The position numbers were made by a program, and so were the translations under genes. Shown piece after piece: positions 12,782-23,479 of a DNA stretch of 64,000 nt. The stretch is from positions 168,588 to 232,587 of the forward strand of contig NW_021833041.1 in assembly GCF_006345805.1 (NCBI RefSeq), written 5' to 3'. This DNA is from Octopus sinensis. Taxonomy: Eukaryota. The notes beneath the pieces were generated by a model. It worked only from the letters and a program-made list of their open reading frames with translations, was not told the DNA's origin and ran no database searches. How positions within the stretch are numbered: the stretch's first letter is position 1; the number at the start of each line of letters is the position of its first letter.

Positions 12782-12867
12782 AATTCTATAATGTTAGGCT
12801 AAGAAATTAATGGCGACTAAGCCACAAATAACGCCAATCATCGCTCGTAGGCCTAGAGATTGATATA

Positions 12868-14297
12868 CAGTCCGACCTCTAATTGGGGCGCACCTCCAGG
12901 GGTGGGGCACCTCTTTTTTGGGGAAAACTCTGTTTTGGGGCATTATAAATTTTTTAAACCAAATTATAAAAAATCAATTAATTTTAACATCTCTATTTGG
13001 GGCATTGATTTTTTATTAAATAAAATTAATTATACAAATTTAAAAAATAAATATTTTAAGACACGTTTCATTTCAAATTTCTTGTGTAATGCCTTTGAAT
13101 TATGAAACCAAGTTGAAGATTCCTGATCATCTTTTAAAGAAAGAACATTCTGAGAGGAGATTATCCATAATGTACAATACTAGCAAGGGAACTATTTTTC
13201 GTATAAAAAAGAATATTCTTCCATTTATCAAAAAAGGATTTCTTTCCTCATCATTAAGTGAAAATAAAAACGGATTTGATGAAAAAGTCCTTGATATTTT
13301 TCAGCGTCTAAGGGGTCAGAATGTTCCAGTTTCTGGAACTCTTTTAAAAAAAATTTCCCTAACTGTTTCTTCGAGAATGGCCTTAAACAAGTTTAAAGCT
13401 TCAAATGGATGGTTAGAAAAATTCAAGCAGAGGCATGAATTAAAATTCCGAACATTGTCAGGCGAATCCGCATCTGCTGATCATGCGATAATTTTGAATT
13501 TTTTATCAGAATTAAATATCAAAGTTGAACAATATGGAAAGGAGAACATTTTTAATTGTGACGAAACTTCTCTTTTTATCAAACTTACCCCACGTAAATC
13601 ATTCCTGAAAACTGGTGATTCGGCACGGGGCTTTAAAAGGAGTAAAGATAAAGTTACTCTCCATCTATGCTGTAGTTACACTGGAGAAAAATTTGAACCA
13701 TTAATAATCGGAAAATATAGAAATCCTAGATGTTTCAAAAAATTTTCTCCCGAAATTTATGGAATTTTATACTCTTCGTCCAAAAATGCGTGGATGACAA
13801 GAGACATTTTTATATCCTGGCTCAAAAAAATTAATGAAAAAATGATTATTCAAAAAAGAAAAATCTTAATGTTATTAGATAACGCTGCTTGCCACAAAAT
13901 ATCGACATTTAGCAACGTTGATTTTTTATTTTTACCAAAAAATACGACACCAATACTTCAACCATTGGATGCTGGAATCATTATGAAATAGAAGATAATG
14001 ATCCAAATATCTATGAGAATATAAGCTGCGAACCATCAATATCACAAATTTTAAGTTTGATGGAAAACTTAGAGACAAACATCTTTGATTTGATTCCAGA
14101 TTCTCTTCATGATTTTTATGAATTCAGAAAGAAAGTGTCGTTAGGAATTAAAAATAAATATAAATATGGAGAAAAATTAACTGATTATTTTAAAAAATAA
14201 TGTTCTTTTTCTTTATTTATTGAGCTTTTTGAAAAACCTCTTTTTTGGGGAAACCTCTGATTTGAGGCACTTAGTGCCCCATTTAGAGGTCGAACTG
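12868..14297 (+). mobile_element. pogo/Tigger transposon copy 1 (CENP-B-like HTH + DDE_1)
   Basis: TIR CAGTCCGACCTCTAATTGGGGC / GCCCCATTTAGAGGTCGAACTG with TA TSD. ORF 13089-13991 has FKASNGWLEKFKQRH, NCDET, LLDNAACH and LQPLDAGII, then a premature stop followed by a C-terminal tail ending KLTDYFKK. Confidence 0.95.
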
Positions 14298-14461
14298 TAT
14301 AGCAGATCTCATTGATCTTCGCAGATATTCTGAAATTAACGATAAATTCTCTTGGGTATTTTAAATGAGATTATTAATATAAAGATTCTTGTAATCGTTG
14401 ATTCTTTCTCGAAATATGTAGTTGTCGAATTATCAAAGTCGAAATCTACGGTAGAAATAAC

Positions 14462-16308
14462 TAGGGCAACCAGAAATATGACCTTAAAAAAGTTAAATAT
14501 GACCGTAAAAAATATGACTTTATGACTTTAAAATTCTAAAATATAACTTAAAAATAAAAAAATATGACCTAAAAAATCAAAATATGACCTATCGAATTTT
14601 GATTTTTAGATATTCTGAATTTGAAAATATGAAAAAATTAAACATTTCAATCAATGAATTTATTATAATATTGCATCATATAATATTTAATATTTTCTGG
14701 CTTGAAGTTTCTATCCTTTTTGAGCAATTTATTCAGCATAGAAAAGCTTCTTTCTGCAGATATTGATGTCGAATGACATTTCCATAAGTAAATAAATGTT
14801 TCTGGAGAAATACTAGAAATTCTAGCATTTTTAATATTCGTCCATGGTAACATACTTATCCGCTTTAAAAAATACTTGTTGATGTCACAATTATCCTCAC
14901 CAAAATTAACGGAATCAATGAATTCAATTGCATCTTTAATTGTATAAAATTTTTCTTGGCATTTTCTGATTTCATCAATAATAGGGTTGTATGAAGCCAT
15001 TAACTCTGCCAGATTTTTCTCCAAATTTTCAGAGCTAACAGCATTTTTCGCATTCATCACAATCTTTCCACAATAGGATAAGACAATTTCGCGAACTCTT
15101 GAAAGATGTCGACTATAATATTTTGCTGCGTCCAACCAGCTGCCCCATCTTGTTAGAACAACATCAGGTGGAAGTCCAATAACTGTAAAAAGACTCCTCC
15201 GGGAGGGATTTTTTACAATCGACATTTTGATAGACGAGATTAAGTCGTCAATATATTTATAATGTGCTCTAATCTTTAATGCACAATTGTACAGAAGATG
15301 AGCAAAACAAGTTATATGAATCATTTTAATATACATAACCTTCAATGTACTCGCTGCTAAAGTCATATAACGGGCAGCATCAGAAATAAATAATAAAAAA
15401 TTTTCCCTTTTTATATCATAAATTCGAATTGTGTCATCCACAATTCTACAAATTGCAGATGCATCACAAATTTCAATTTCCAAGCAATTTAATAAATAAA
15501 TTTTTTCAGGACTTTCAATAGTCCCACAAAGAACATTAACAAATTTCTGTTTATTGATTTCCGTTTCATCAACAAGTATGAATATATCTTTTCCAGAAAT
15601 AATTGTTTTAAGCATTTCAATCAATTGATATTGCAAATCTGGAACTATATTTCTGCACCAACTTTCGCTGGGAACAGTAAATCCGAGATTATTAAAAAAA
15701 TTAATAAAGTGTTCATTTCTTATTTTGTAAAGAGGTATATTCGCCTTCGTCATCATTTCGACTAAGCAAATTCCGAAATTTTTCTTTGCTTCAAGTTTCG
15801 GAAGAGTGTTGAGTTGCGTTTGAAATTTTGTCTGTTCCTTTTTATGCCGGGTAGTTTCCCTGTGCTGCATCACATTAAACGTTTTCGTAAAATTAACAAA
15901 AACTGAGCATTTCAAACAAAATAAACGTCCAGCTGAATCAATCTGAAATTCAGACGGGTATCGTTTAATTATTTTATTTAACTTTTGATTGTTAGATTGC
16001 TTTTGTTTCGGCATGTAAAAATCTATAATATTTAAGCGGCCAACTACCAAAACGTGTGAAAACGTATAATTGTCAAAATTTAAACAAGGATTAATAAAAA
16101 TATATGATTTAATAAATATAAATATGACCTAACAAAAAAAATATGACCTAAAAAAATAATATGACCTAACGGCATAAAATATGACCTATAAGACCTAAAA
16201 AAATTAATAAAACTATTAAAAAATATAATAATAGTTTATTAATTATAGAAATAACATCAATATGACCAATAAAAAATAATATGACTTATATGACTTTTGG
16301 TTGCCCTA
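14462..16308 (-). mobile_element. Compact hAT-like transposon with intact ORF
   Basis: TIR TAGGGCAACCA / TGGTTGCCCTA, 8-bp TSD GAAATAAC (14454-14461, 16309-16316), and multiple subterminal ATATGAC(C/T) motifs at both ends. Confidence 0.92.
14647..16014 (-). CDS. hAT-like transposase (about 455 aa): N-terminal zinc finger, RNase H-like core, C-terminal dimerisation motif
   Basis: Uninterrupted ORF: LFCLKC..QHRETTRH, ILVDET, FISDAARYM, ITCFAHLL, VVLTRWGSWL, STSISAERSFS. Confidence 0.88.
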   Translation of the reverse strand: MPKQKQSNNQKLNKIIKRYPSEFQIDSAGRLFCLKCSVFVNFTKTFNVMQHRETTRHKKEQTKFQTQLNTLPKLEAKKNFGICLVEMMTKANIPLYKIRNEHFINFFNNLGFTVPSESWCRNIVPDLQYQLIEMLKTIISGKDIFILVDETEINKQKFVNVLCGTIESPEKIYLLNCLEIEICDASAICRIVDDTIRIYDIKRENFLLFISDAARYMTLAASTLKVMYIKMIHITCFAHLLYNCALKIRAHYKYIDDLISSIKMSIVKNPSRRSLFTVIGLPPDVVLTRWGSWLDAAKYYSRHLSRVREIVLSYCGKIVMNAKNAVSSENLEKNLAELMASYNPIIDEIRKCQEKFYTIKDAIEFIDSVNFGEDNCDINKYFLKRISMLPWTNIKNARISSISPETFIYLWKCHSTSISAERSFSMLNKLLKKDRNFKPENIKYYMMQYYNKFID

Positions 16309-16814
16309 GAAATAACTAACATATTCCAAAATGTTTTTTATTACATCGGACCACCAATCATCCTCCAAACAGACAATGGGAAAGAATTCTGTAATTCGTT
16401 AATTGACGAAGTCTGTGAAAAATATTCGATCAAGCATATGCGTGGTAGGGCACGAGCGCCCTGGATACAAGGTCATGTAGAGAGGTTGCCTGATGGTTTT
16501 AATTTTTTAAGGTTCAACTAAAGCATAAAACTTTAGATATCTTCAGCAAGTGCCTTTCGTAAATATTTTGGCCGAAATTGTACCATAATCAAAGACATTG
16601 TTTATGATTACAATAACACAATACATTCCACAACCGGAAAAGTCCCGTTCTACTTGTTTATGGGTGCTCAAAATCCGAATCCAATAACGGAGTCGGAAAT
16701 GGAACAATTATTATCGGGAGATGTAGACAGTGCTATCGTAGATGCACGTGAAGAAGCGTATTCAAAACTTCTTATCGCTGGAGATAAAATGATAGAAAAG
16801 AGAAGATAAAAATA

Positions 16815-17772
16815 CAGTGCTGGTAGAAAAAAACCGGTTTTGCAGTTACTAACTTTTTTTGGCGGATAGCATTCAATTTTCTAACTCAATTGAACTCTTC
16901 GGAGTTTATTAGATTTATTATTTTTTTATTTCTAAAAAAAATTTCATTAATCGTTTAAAATTTTGAAAATTTAAATTTTTGTGTGTGAATAAAAAACCGG
17001 CTTGCTTTATTGACTGATATTTTAGTTGTTGAATTTTGAGTTTTATAAGTAAATGTTAAATGCAATAATTAAAGGAAAGATCCTTGTGCTTTTTGAGTTA
17101 AATTGGACGATAAAAGATATCGCAAAACATATAAATACTCCAAAATCGACAATCGACGATTTTCTTCGAAAATTCAAAAAATATGTAACTTCTGATAGGA
17201 TTCCTGGTTCCGGACGTCCTACAAAGCTTCAGAAAACAGACAATGAAATTCCATTACATCTTATTTTGAGTGCGATTCAAAAAAATCTTCTAACACGTTG
17301 AGGAATGAAATAAAACATTTAACTGGTGAGAGTGTCTGTAGAAAAACAATTAGAACTTATTGAACCCAATGGAACATGTTTGGAGCATGATGAAGCAAAA
17401 GTATTCATTAGATCCTGCAAAAAATAAACTTGATCTCAAAGTCAAATTAATGAAAATTTTGAACGAATTGCCATCTGAAAATATTCGGAAATTAATTGAT
17501 AGTATGCCTAAAAGGTCATACGAGCTATTTATTAATCGAGGATACCACACAACATACTAACTGTTGATTTTGTTAACTCTTTTTGTTAAAACCGCTTTTT
17601 TATTCACATGCTAAAATTCAAATTTTTTAAATTTTCGCCGATTATTGAATTTTTGAAAGTAAAAAAATTATACATATAATCAACTTCAAACTCTTTATTT
17701 CATTTGGAAAATTAATAGCAATACGCCAAAAAAGTTAGTAACTGCAAAACCGGTTATTTTCTACCAGCACTG
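16815..17772 (+). mobile_element. Internally deleted Tc1-like transposon
   Basis: About 50-bp TIRs (CAGTGCTGGTAGAAAA..CCGGTTTTGCAGTTACTAAC) with TA TSD. HTH remnant TIKDIAKHINTPKSTI..GSGRPTK and C-terminal LNPMEHVWSMMK..LIDSMPKR..RGYHTTY. Confidence 0.9.
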
Positions 17773-18327
17773 TATGATGAAGATTCCATAAAAGTCGGAA
17801 CTAAGGTAGTAATTTTTAATACATTTCCATGACAAGACAATGATGCCAATATTCAAAGGTTCCCATTATACGATGGATTATCAACCAACCAATATGTTGT
17901 GGTAGATCAACAAAATGACATGTACTTGATCAAATGTGAGAATGGTGAAAAAAATAACGTACATATATCAAGAATTACAAAAATTGACTAACGATTTTGT
18001 TTAAAATTTTTCATCTAAATTTTTTAAGATTTGGAAGCCCCCATAGGGTTAGGGTTAGTTGTTTTTGGAACTAAAATTATTAAAAATGTGTTTTAAAGTG
18101 AGACTTGGAAAAAATTAACGTGTATTTTGTATGGCAATATTGCTCAAAAATAAAATTTTGAAAATGTCCATTTATCCGCGTGCCCATTTATCCGACTGTG
18201 ACAAAATATATCCCATCTTGTATCACCTTTAAAGATTTTTAATTTGGTATGGTTATTTTAATTAGAGATTTTTCTTAAATGCTTGATAAATTTAATTTTG
18301 TTCCTACATGGATAGAACAAAAACACA

Positions 18328-18975
18328 TCACAATATATATTTTGAACTTGAATGTATTAAAAAGTCAATATTGTAATCCATAAAATCGGTAGGAATATTG
18401 TCGAATATTTGTTCTTCAAAAGCTAATGATATTGTGTGTGGTATTTTTGGAAGACTCCAAGAATGTAAATATTTATCATAATATCCTAATCCACGCCCCA
18501 TTCTTTTTCCTTTAAGGGTAAAAGCGACTCCAGGAACTACAAGTAAATCAAGTCCTTGAGTATGCTGTTATTAAGAAAACCTAATTTTGTAGTATCTTGT
18601 TTATCATTGATTTCATTGTGCTGTCTAAATTTTAAACAGCTCAGAGATAATGATTGATAATCTTTTAAACCTTCCAATTTTACGATTTTCATTGGGCCAT
18701 GTTTTGGACAATAAGGAATAAAACAATTCTTCTGATCATTAAGAGCACTCTTTATAATGTAGTCAGTTGAAATTTCACTTGAAACGCTAACATAAAATCC
18801 AATATTTTTAGAATTTCTATATAGCTTGCTATTTAAGAACTAAACAATGAAGTATATATTAAAATACTTTTTCAGAAACAATTTTTGCTTGCTCTAGTCT
18901 TTTACTTTTATCAATGTTTAGAATATCTTTCAAAACTTTTTTTCTGAACTCATTTTTCGATACATTGAAATACAT
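18328..18975 (-). CDS. MTHFS: 5-formyltetrahydrofolate cyclo-ligase
   Basis: N-terminus KNEFRKKVLKDILNIDKVKRLEQAKIVSEK and C-terminus LVVPGVAFTLKGKRMGRGLGYYDKYL..ISLAFEEQI, with short GT-AG introns. Confidence 0.88.
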
Positions 18976-19099
18976 AACAATAAACCACAAGGTTGAGTAT
19001 TTTTGAATAAATTATAATCTGTTATAAAATATATTACCAAATGAAACTAATGGTTAAAATATTTGGTTTTTTAACAAATGTATGATCACAAATCGAAAT

Positions 19100-21300
19100 T
19101 CATCGACAAAATTTATTGAGATGAGAAAATTATGACCTTCAATTAAAATCGTCAACCTTTAGCTTTTTTGCCTCCTTATGATGGTTATGATAAAGAACAT
19201 GGAATGTTTTTCTTCTTTTATTATGATTAGGTGTTCATTTGATTGGTGAGAACAGAAAAAAGAAAGTACAGTTCGACCTCTAAATGGGGCACTAAGTGCC
19301 TCAAATCAGAGGTTTCCCCAAAAAAGAGGTTTTTCAAAAAGCTCAATAAATAAAGAAAAAGAACATTATTTTTTAAAATAATCAGTTAATTTTTCTCCAT
19401 ATTTATATTTATTTTTAATTCCTAACGACACTTTCTTTCTGAATTCATAAAAATCATGAAGAGAATCTGGAATCAAATCAAAGATGTTTGTCTCTAAGTT
19501 TTCCATCAAACTTAAAATTTGTGATATTGATGGTTCGCAGCTTATATTCTCATAGATATTTGGATCATTATCTTCTATTTCATAATGATTCCAGCATCCA
19601 ATGGTTGAAGTATTGGTGTCGTATTTTTTGGTAAAAATAAAAAATCAACGTTGCTAAATGTCGATATTTTGTGGCAAGCAGCGTTATCTAATAACATTAA
19701 GATTTTTCTTTTTTGAATAATCATTTTTTCATTAATTTTTTTGAGCCAGGATATAAAAATGTCTCTTGTCATCCACGCATTTTTGGACGAAGAGTATAAA
19801 ATTCCATAAATTTCGGGAGAAAATTTTTTGAAACATCTAGGATTTCTATATTTTCCGATTATTAATGGTTCAAATTTTTCTCCAGTGTAACTACAGCATA
19901 GATGGAGAGTAACTTTATCTTTACTCCTTTTAAGCCCCGTGCCGAATCACCAGTTTTCAGGAATGATTTACGTGGGGTAAGTTTGATAAAAAGAGAAGTT
20001 TCGTCACAATTAAAAATGTTCTCCTTTCCATATTGTTCAACTTTGATATTTAATTCTGATAAAAAATTCAAAATTATCGCATGATCAGCAGATGCGGATT
20101 CGCCTGACAATGTTCGGAATTTTAATTCATGCCTCTGCTTGAATTTTTCTAACCATCCATTTGAAGCTTTAAACTTGTTTAAGGCCATTCTCGAAGAAAC
20201 AGTTAGGGAAATTTTTTTTAAAAGAGTTCCAGAAACTGGAACATTCTGACCCCTTAGACGCTGAAAAATATCAAGGACTTTTTCATCAAATCCGTTTTTA
20301 TTTTCACTTAATGATGAGGAAAGAAATCCTTTTTTGATAAATGGAAGAATATTCTTTTTTATACGAAAAATAGTTCCCTTGCTAGTATTGTACATTATGG
20401 ATAATCTCCTCTCAGAATGTTCTTTCTTTAAAAGATGATCAGGAATCTTCAACTTGGTTTCATAATTCAAAGGCATTACACAAGAAATTTGAAATGAAAC
20501 GTGTCTTAAAATATTTATTTTTTAAATTTGTATAATTAATTTTATTTAATAAAAAATCAATGCCCCAAATAGAGATGTTAAAATTAATTGATTTTTTATA
20601 ATTTGGTTTAAAAAATTTATAATGCCCCAAAACAGAGTTTTCCCCAAAAAAGAGGTGCCCCACCCCTGGAGGTGCGCCCCAATTAGAGGTCGGACTGTAA
20701 CTGGTTTTTTCCGTCAATAAATTACCAGCAACCCATCTATACTGAACATATTTACATTTATAGAAGTAAGCCTGATTTATAAATTTAATTGGCTAATATT
20801 GCGGATAAAGTTTTGCGGTTAAAGAAGTTTAAGAAGAAGTCGTCAGTCAGAAAGTTAGTCTCGCTAAAGAGCACAAATGTTCATGAATCACAAAGAGTGG
20901 AGGCGGTATAAGAAACACTTTTATATGATCCCTACAATGTGATCCATGATGGTTCTTATTTTTGATGTTATGTTTTAGAATCCATATGAGTCAGCCAGAG
21001 ATATAATCAGTTTTCTATAATTTTTTCCAATGTCTAGGTTTAGATCGCCAGTAATCAAAAAGATCTGAATGAAATTACACAACTTACCGATTAAATTTTT
21101 AAAGATAAAAGACTTTTTAAAGTAAAACTCCCTACCAAGAGCCAAATATTCTCCGTATATTCAAGCTGATTTGCATCTTCCTTTTTGATAATTTTAGATT
21201 GTTTGTGCGTAATTGTGGGCTGTTGAATATAAAAGTTCCTGTTCCAGTAATCGATCCTTCAGTCCAATTTGTGTTAATATATTAAACTGGAGAATTTTAG
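19100..21300 (-). mobile_element. Highly decayed APE-endonuclease LINE remnant, split by Tigger copy 2
   Basis: Minus strand near 21060-20930 reads IFLITGDLNLDIG...SYGF*NITSKIRT.IMDHIVG (GDxN and TR..IDH APE motifs). The frame continues across the TA insertion site. Confidence 0.45.
19269..20697 (-). mobile_element. pogo/Tigger transposon copy 2, near-identical to copy 1 but with a 1-bp frameshift
   Basis: Same TIRs and TA TSD, 1429 bp versus 1430 bp. ORFs 19862-20476 and 19575-19772 reproduce the copy 1 protein split at GDSARG. Confidence 0.95.
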
Positions 21301-21470
21301 TTCTGTTCCTTCCATGATCCTCGTTTGTCTGTATCTTCTGAACTTGCCAAACTCTGAATGTGTTGATATGAAGTTTTTAAACCATTTAAAGTATATTTTT
21401 AGCTTATATTTATTTATTGTTATTTTGAATAAATTTAATTTACACATATTATTACCATTGCTTTCTTGTT

Positions 21471-23204
21471 ATGTCGAGTCAGGACGCTATTGCAGATGCT
21501 ATAAAACGTGCATCCGAAGTATATTTTTATAATTTGATATTTTAGATTGCGATGAAAGCAACGCCATATGATATCACACATTCTTCAGCAAAACGGATAG
21601 CAGAAGAGACTCCGGGTATATATTCATAATGGCTGATCTCTTAGCCAAGCTTACATTGTCGCAGAGATTACAGGAAATAGGAGTTTATTCATTTCCATTT
21701 ACGGACATATCTCAATTGGATTTACGTCGTGGGGAAGAATTGGATGAATATAAAATTCCCGAAGACATTATAACCTATAGTTATCAATTTGGCTGTAAAC
21801 CTTCAGTTGTCGGTAAGAAATGTGAACAGATAGATCGATTAAAGAAGGAAACTGGTTGTAAAATTTACATCGAGTCAGGTATATATAAAAGGCATACCAA
21901 AAATCTTTAAAATTCAATAAAAACTATATTTTTAGAGGTTCGTGAAGGGAATACAGACGTGTTAGTTGCCTTGGTCGGAAGTCGTGAAAATCTCAGGTTC
22001 TCCATCCTCATAGAAATGAGAGCCATTGATATACAGGAAGGCAAAGGGATCGATGGACATTGTGGTTGCAAAGGGAAGAATACTTTGTTCTGCCGCAAAA
22101 AACTCTCCATTTGGTGCTGATACAGGAGAGGCAGTAGAAATTTTTATTCCTGGAAGTATGGCTGGACTCATCATAGGGAAAAACGGGGAAACAATAAAAT
22201 CTATGCAGGTTGAGTCTCTGTCTAATTTTAATAGAGTTCCACTGGTGCTCGGATGATTATGATCCAGGATAACAGCGTTCCAACAATTAATGACAAGCCT
22301 CTGCGCATAACAGGAGAGGTTCATCAGGTTCAAGCTGCACTGAAGCTTGTTAACGAGCTTATGGCTACAAGAGAGGCAGATGTATGCATACTAAAGCTCA
22401 TTCTATCTAATATAGACCAGTATTGCTCGCAAGTATACCTGCGAGTGTTATAAACTTTCAATTGCTAACGAAAAGTGTGGCATTGCGATAGGAAGAGGAG
22501 GCGAGACGATTAGAGAAATAAATGAGGAAAGTGGCGCTCTTGTCGAAATATCAAAGATGATTCCTCCGAATGATTATGAAAAGGAATTCAATATCTGGGG
22601 TACCAGGGATGAGGTCATCTCTGCAGTTCAAATGATATGCAGTCGTACTCAAACTGTATTCATTTTATTTTTACACTATTAGCCTTTACCTCAAGACGTC
22701 GTTGCCTCTCTGGATCAAGAAAATAAATATCATCCATTTGGACTGTATTACTATGTTATTAACCTGCTTTTTCTAGAGGGATGTATACCCCAGCCACTAC
22801 ATGGACTGGCACGGTTTCTGATGAAAATCTTATTGTTGATCCGAGTTTGTTATTTGTTTTTAGCTTGCAGATATGGCGGCTTATTATTCGTCTATGAGTC
22901 AATATCAACATCAGGTGACTTCTAGTAACCCAGAGGAAGAAAATCAACCTAATGCTTCTTCGGCAACGTGCACACCAGGTTTCACGTTTGATATAAAATT
23001 ATATTAGAAATTGATCCTGTGACTGGTCAGCCAGATTATACTAATGCATGGGTCGAGTATTTTAAAAGTCTCGGGGAACATGATAAGGCTCAAGCTTTAC
23101 TAGATCAACAAAGTGCCCGTCTCCAAAAAGCAGAGCTGGCAAAAACTGAGAATTTATCAAATACTGAAGATTCTAGCAGAAATGACCAATTTCTTAAATC
23201 CTGA
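21471..23204 (+). CDS. Far-upstream-element-binding (FUBP/KHSRP-like) KH-domain RNA-binding protein
   Basis: MSSQDAIADAIKRASE|IAMK. KH domains include IPGSMAGLIIGKNGETIKSMQ..KPLRITG and CGIAIGRGGETIREINEESGA. C-terminal TGQPDYTNAWVEYFK repeat motif. Introns 21519-21545 and 22209-22234. Confidence 0.88.
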
Positions 23205-23479
23205 GTGATCATTCTCTGTATATCTTGTTTATCTTAAATTTTAAAGGTTGTTTTAATAATTAGTTCGGTAATTTTATTAAAAATTTTTGTTTGTTTGTTT
23301 GGTTATTTAATTATTTCTGACATAATAAGTTTGCTCGTTCTATTCAGTGATATATATTAAAAACAAAATAAATTATAAAATAAAAATATCCTTTTTAGAT
23401 AAATAATCATAAAAGATTTTGATTTCTTATAAATTGTTTAACTAGACATTATTGCCCAAGACATTAACGTACACGTGTT

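Larger units (their letters stand above)
12180..18203 (+). mobile_element. Ginger2/TDD-like integrase-type DNA transposon, intron-containing, disrupted by four nested insertions
   Basis: After removing inserts and mini-introns: HNYNHFGRDRLF..CVHCQ (H2C2), PIIARRP..LIADLIDL, ILVIVDSFSKY, GPPIILQTDNGKEF, PWIQGHVERFN (DDE core), YNNTIHSTTGKVPF, then an SH3-like tail. Ends ...CCGACTGTGACA at 18203. Several stops. The left end is not resolved. Confidence 0.85.

Noticed and set aside
3945-16520. Alternative genetic code (TAA/TAG read as Gln or Glu), suggested by APLAF*TSG and ERFN*SIK in transposon frames
   Set aside because: Host genes end at TAA (CCDC39, PRPF19, SPAG6, CMTR1, VPS11), use CAA/CAG for Gln, and show no in-frame TAA/TAG in the exons I read. 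The stops are nonsense mutations in dead elements.
18328-18975. Bacterial horizontal transfer of MTHFS carried by surrounding transposons
   Set aside because: The gene has host-type mini-introns and host-like composition, and nothing in the sequence indicates foreign origin.
14298-19268. Existing inversion between the two inverted Tigger copies
   Set aside because: The Ginger frame continues in the same orientation across copy 1, and the LINE remnant frame continues across copy 2, so the segment is not inverted in this haplotype.
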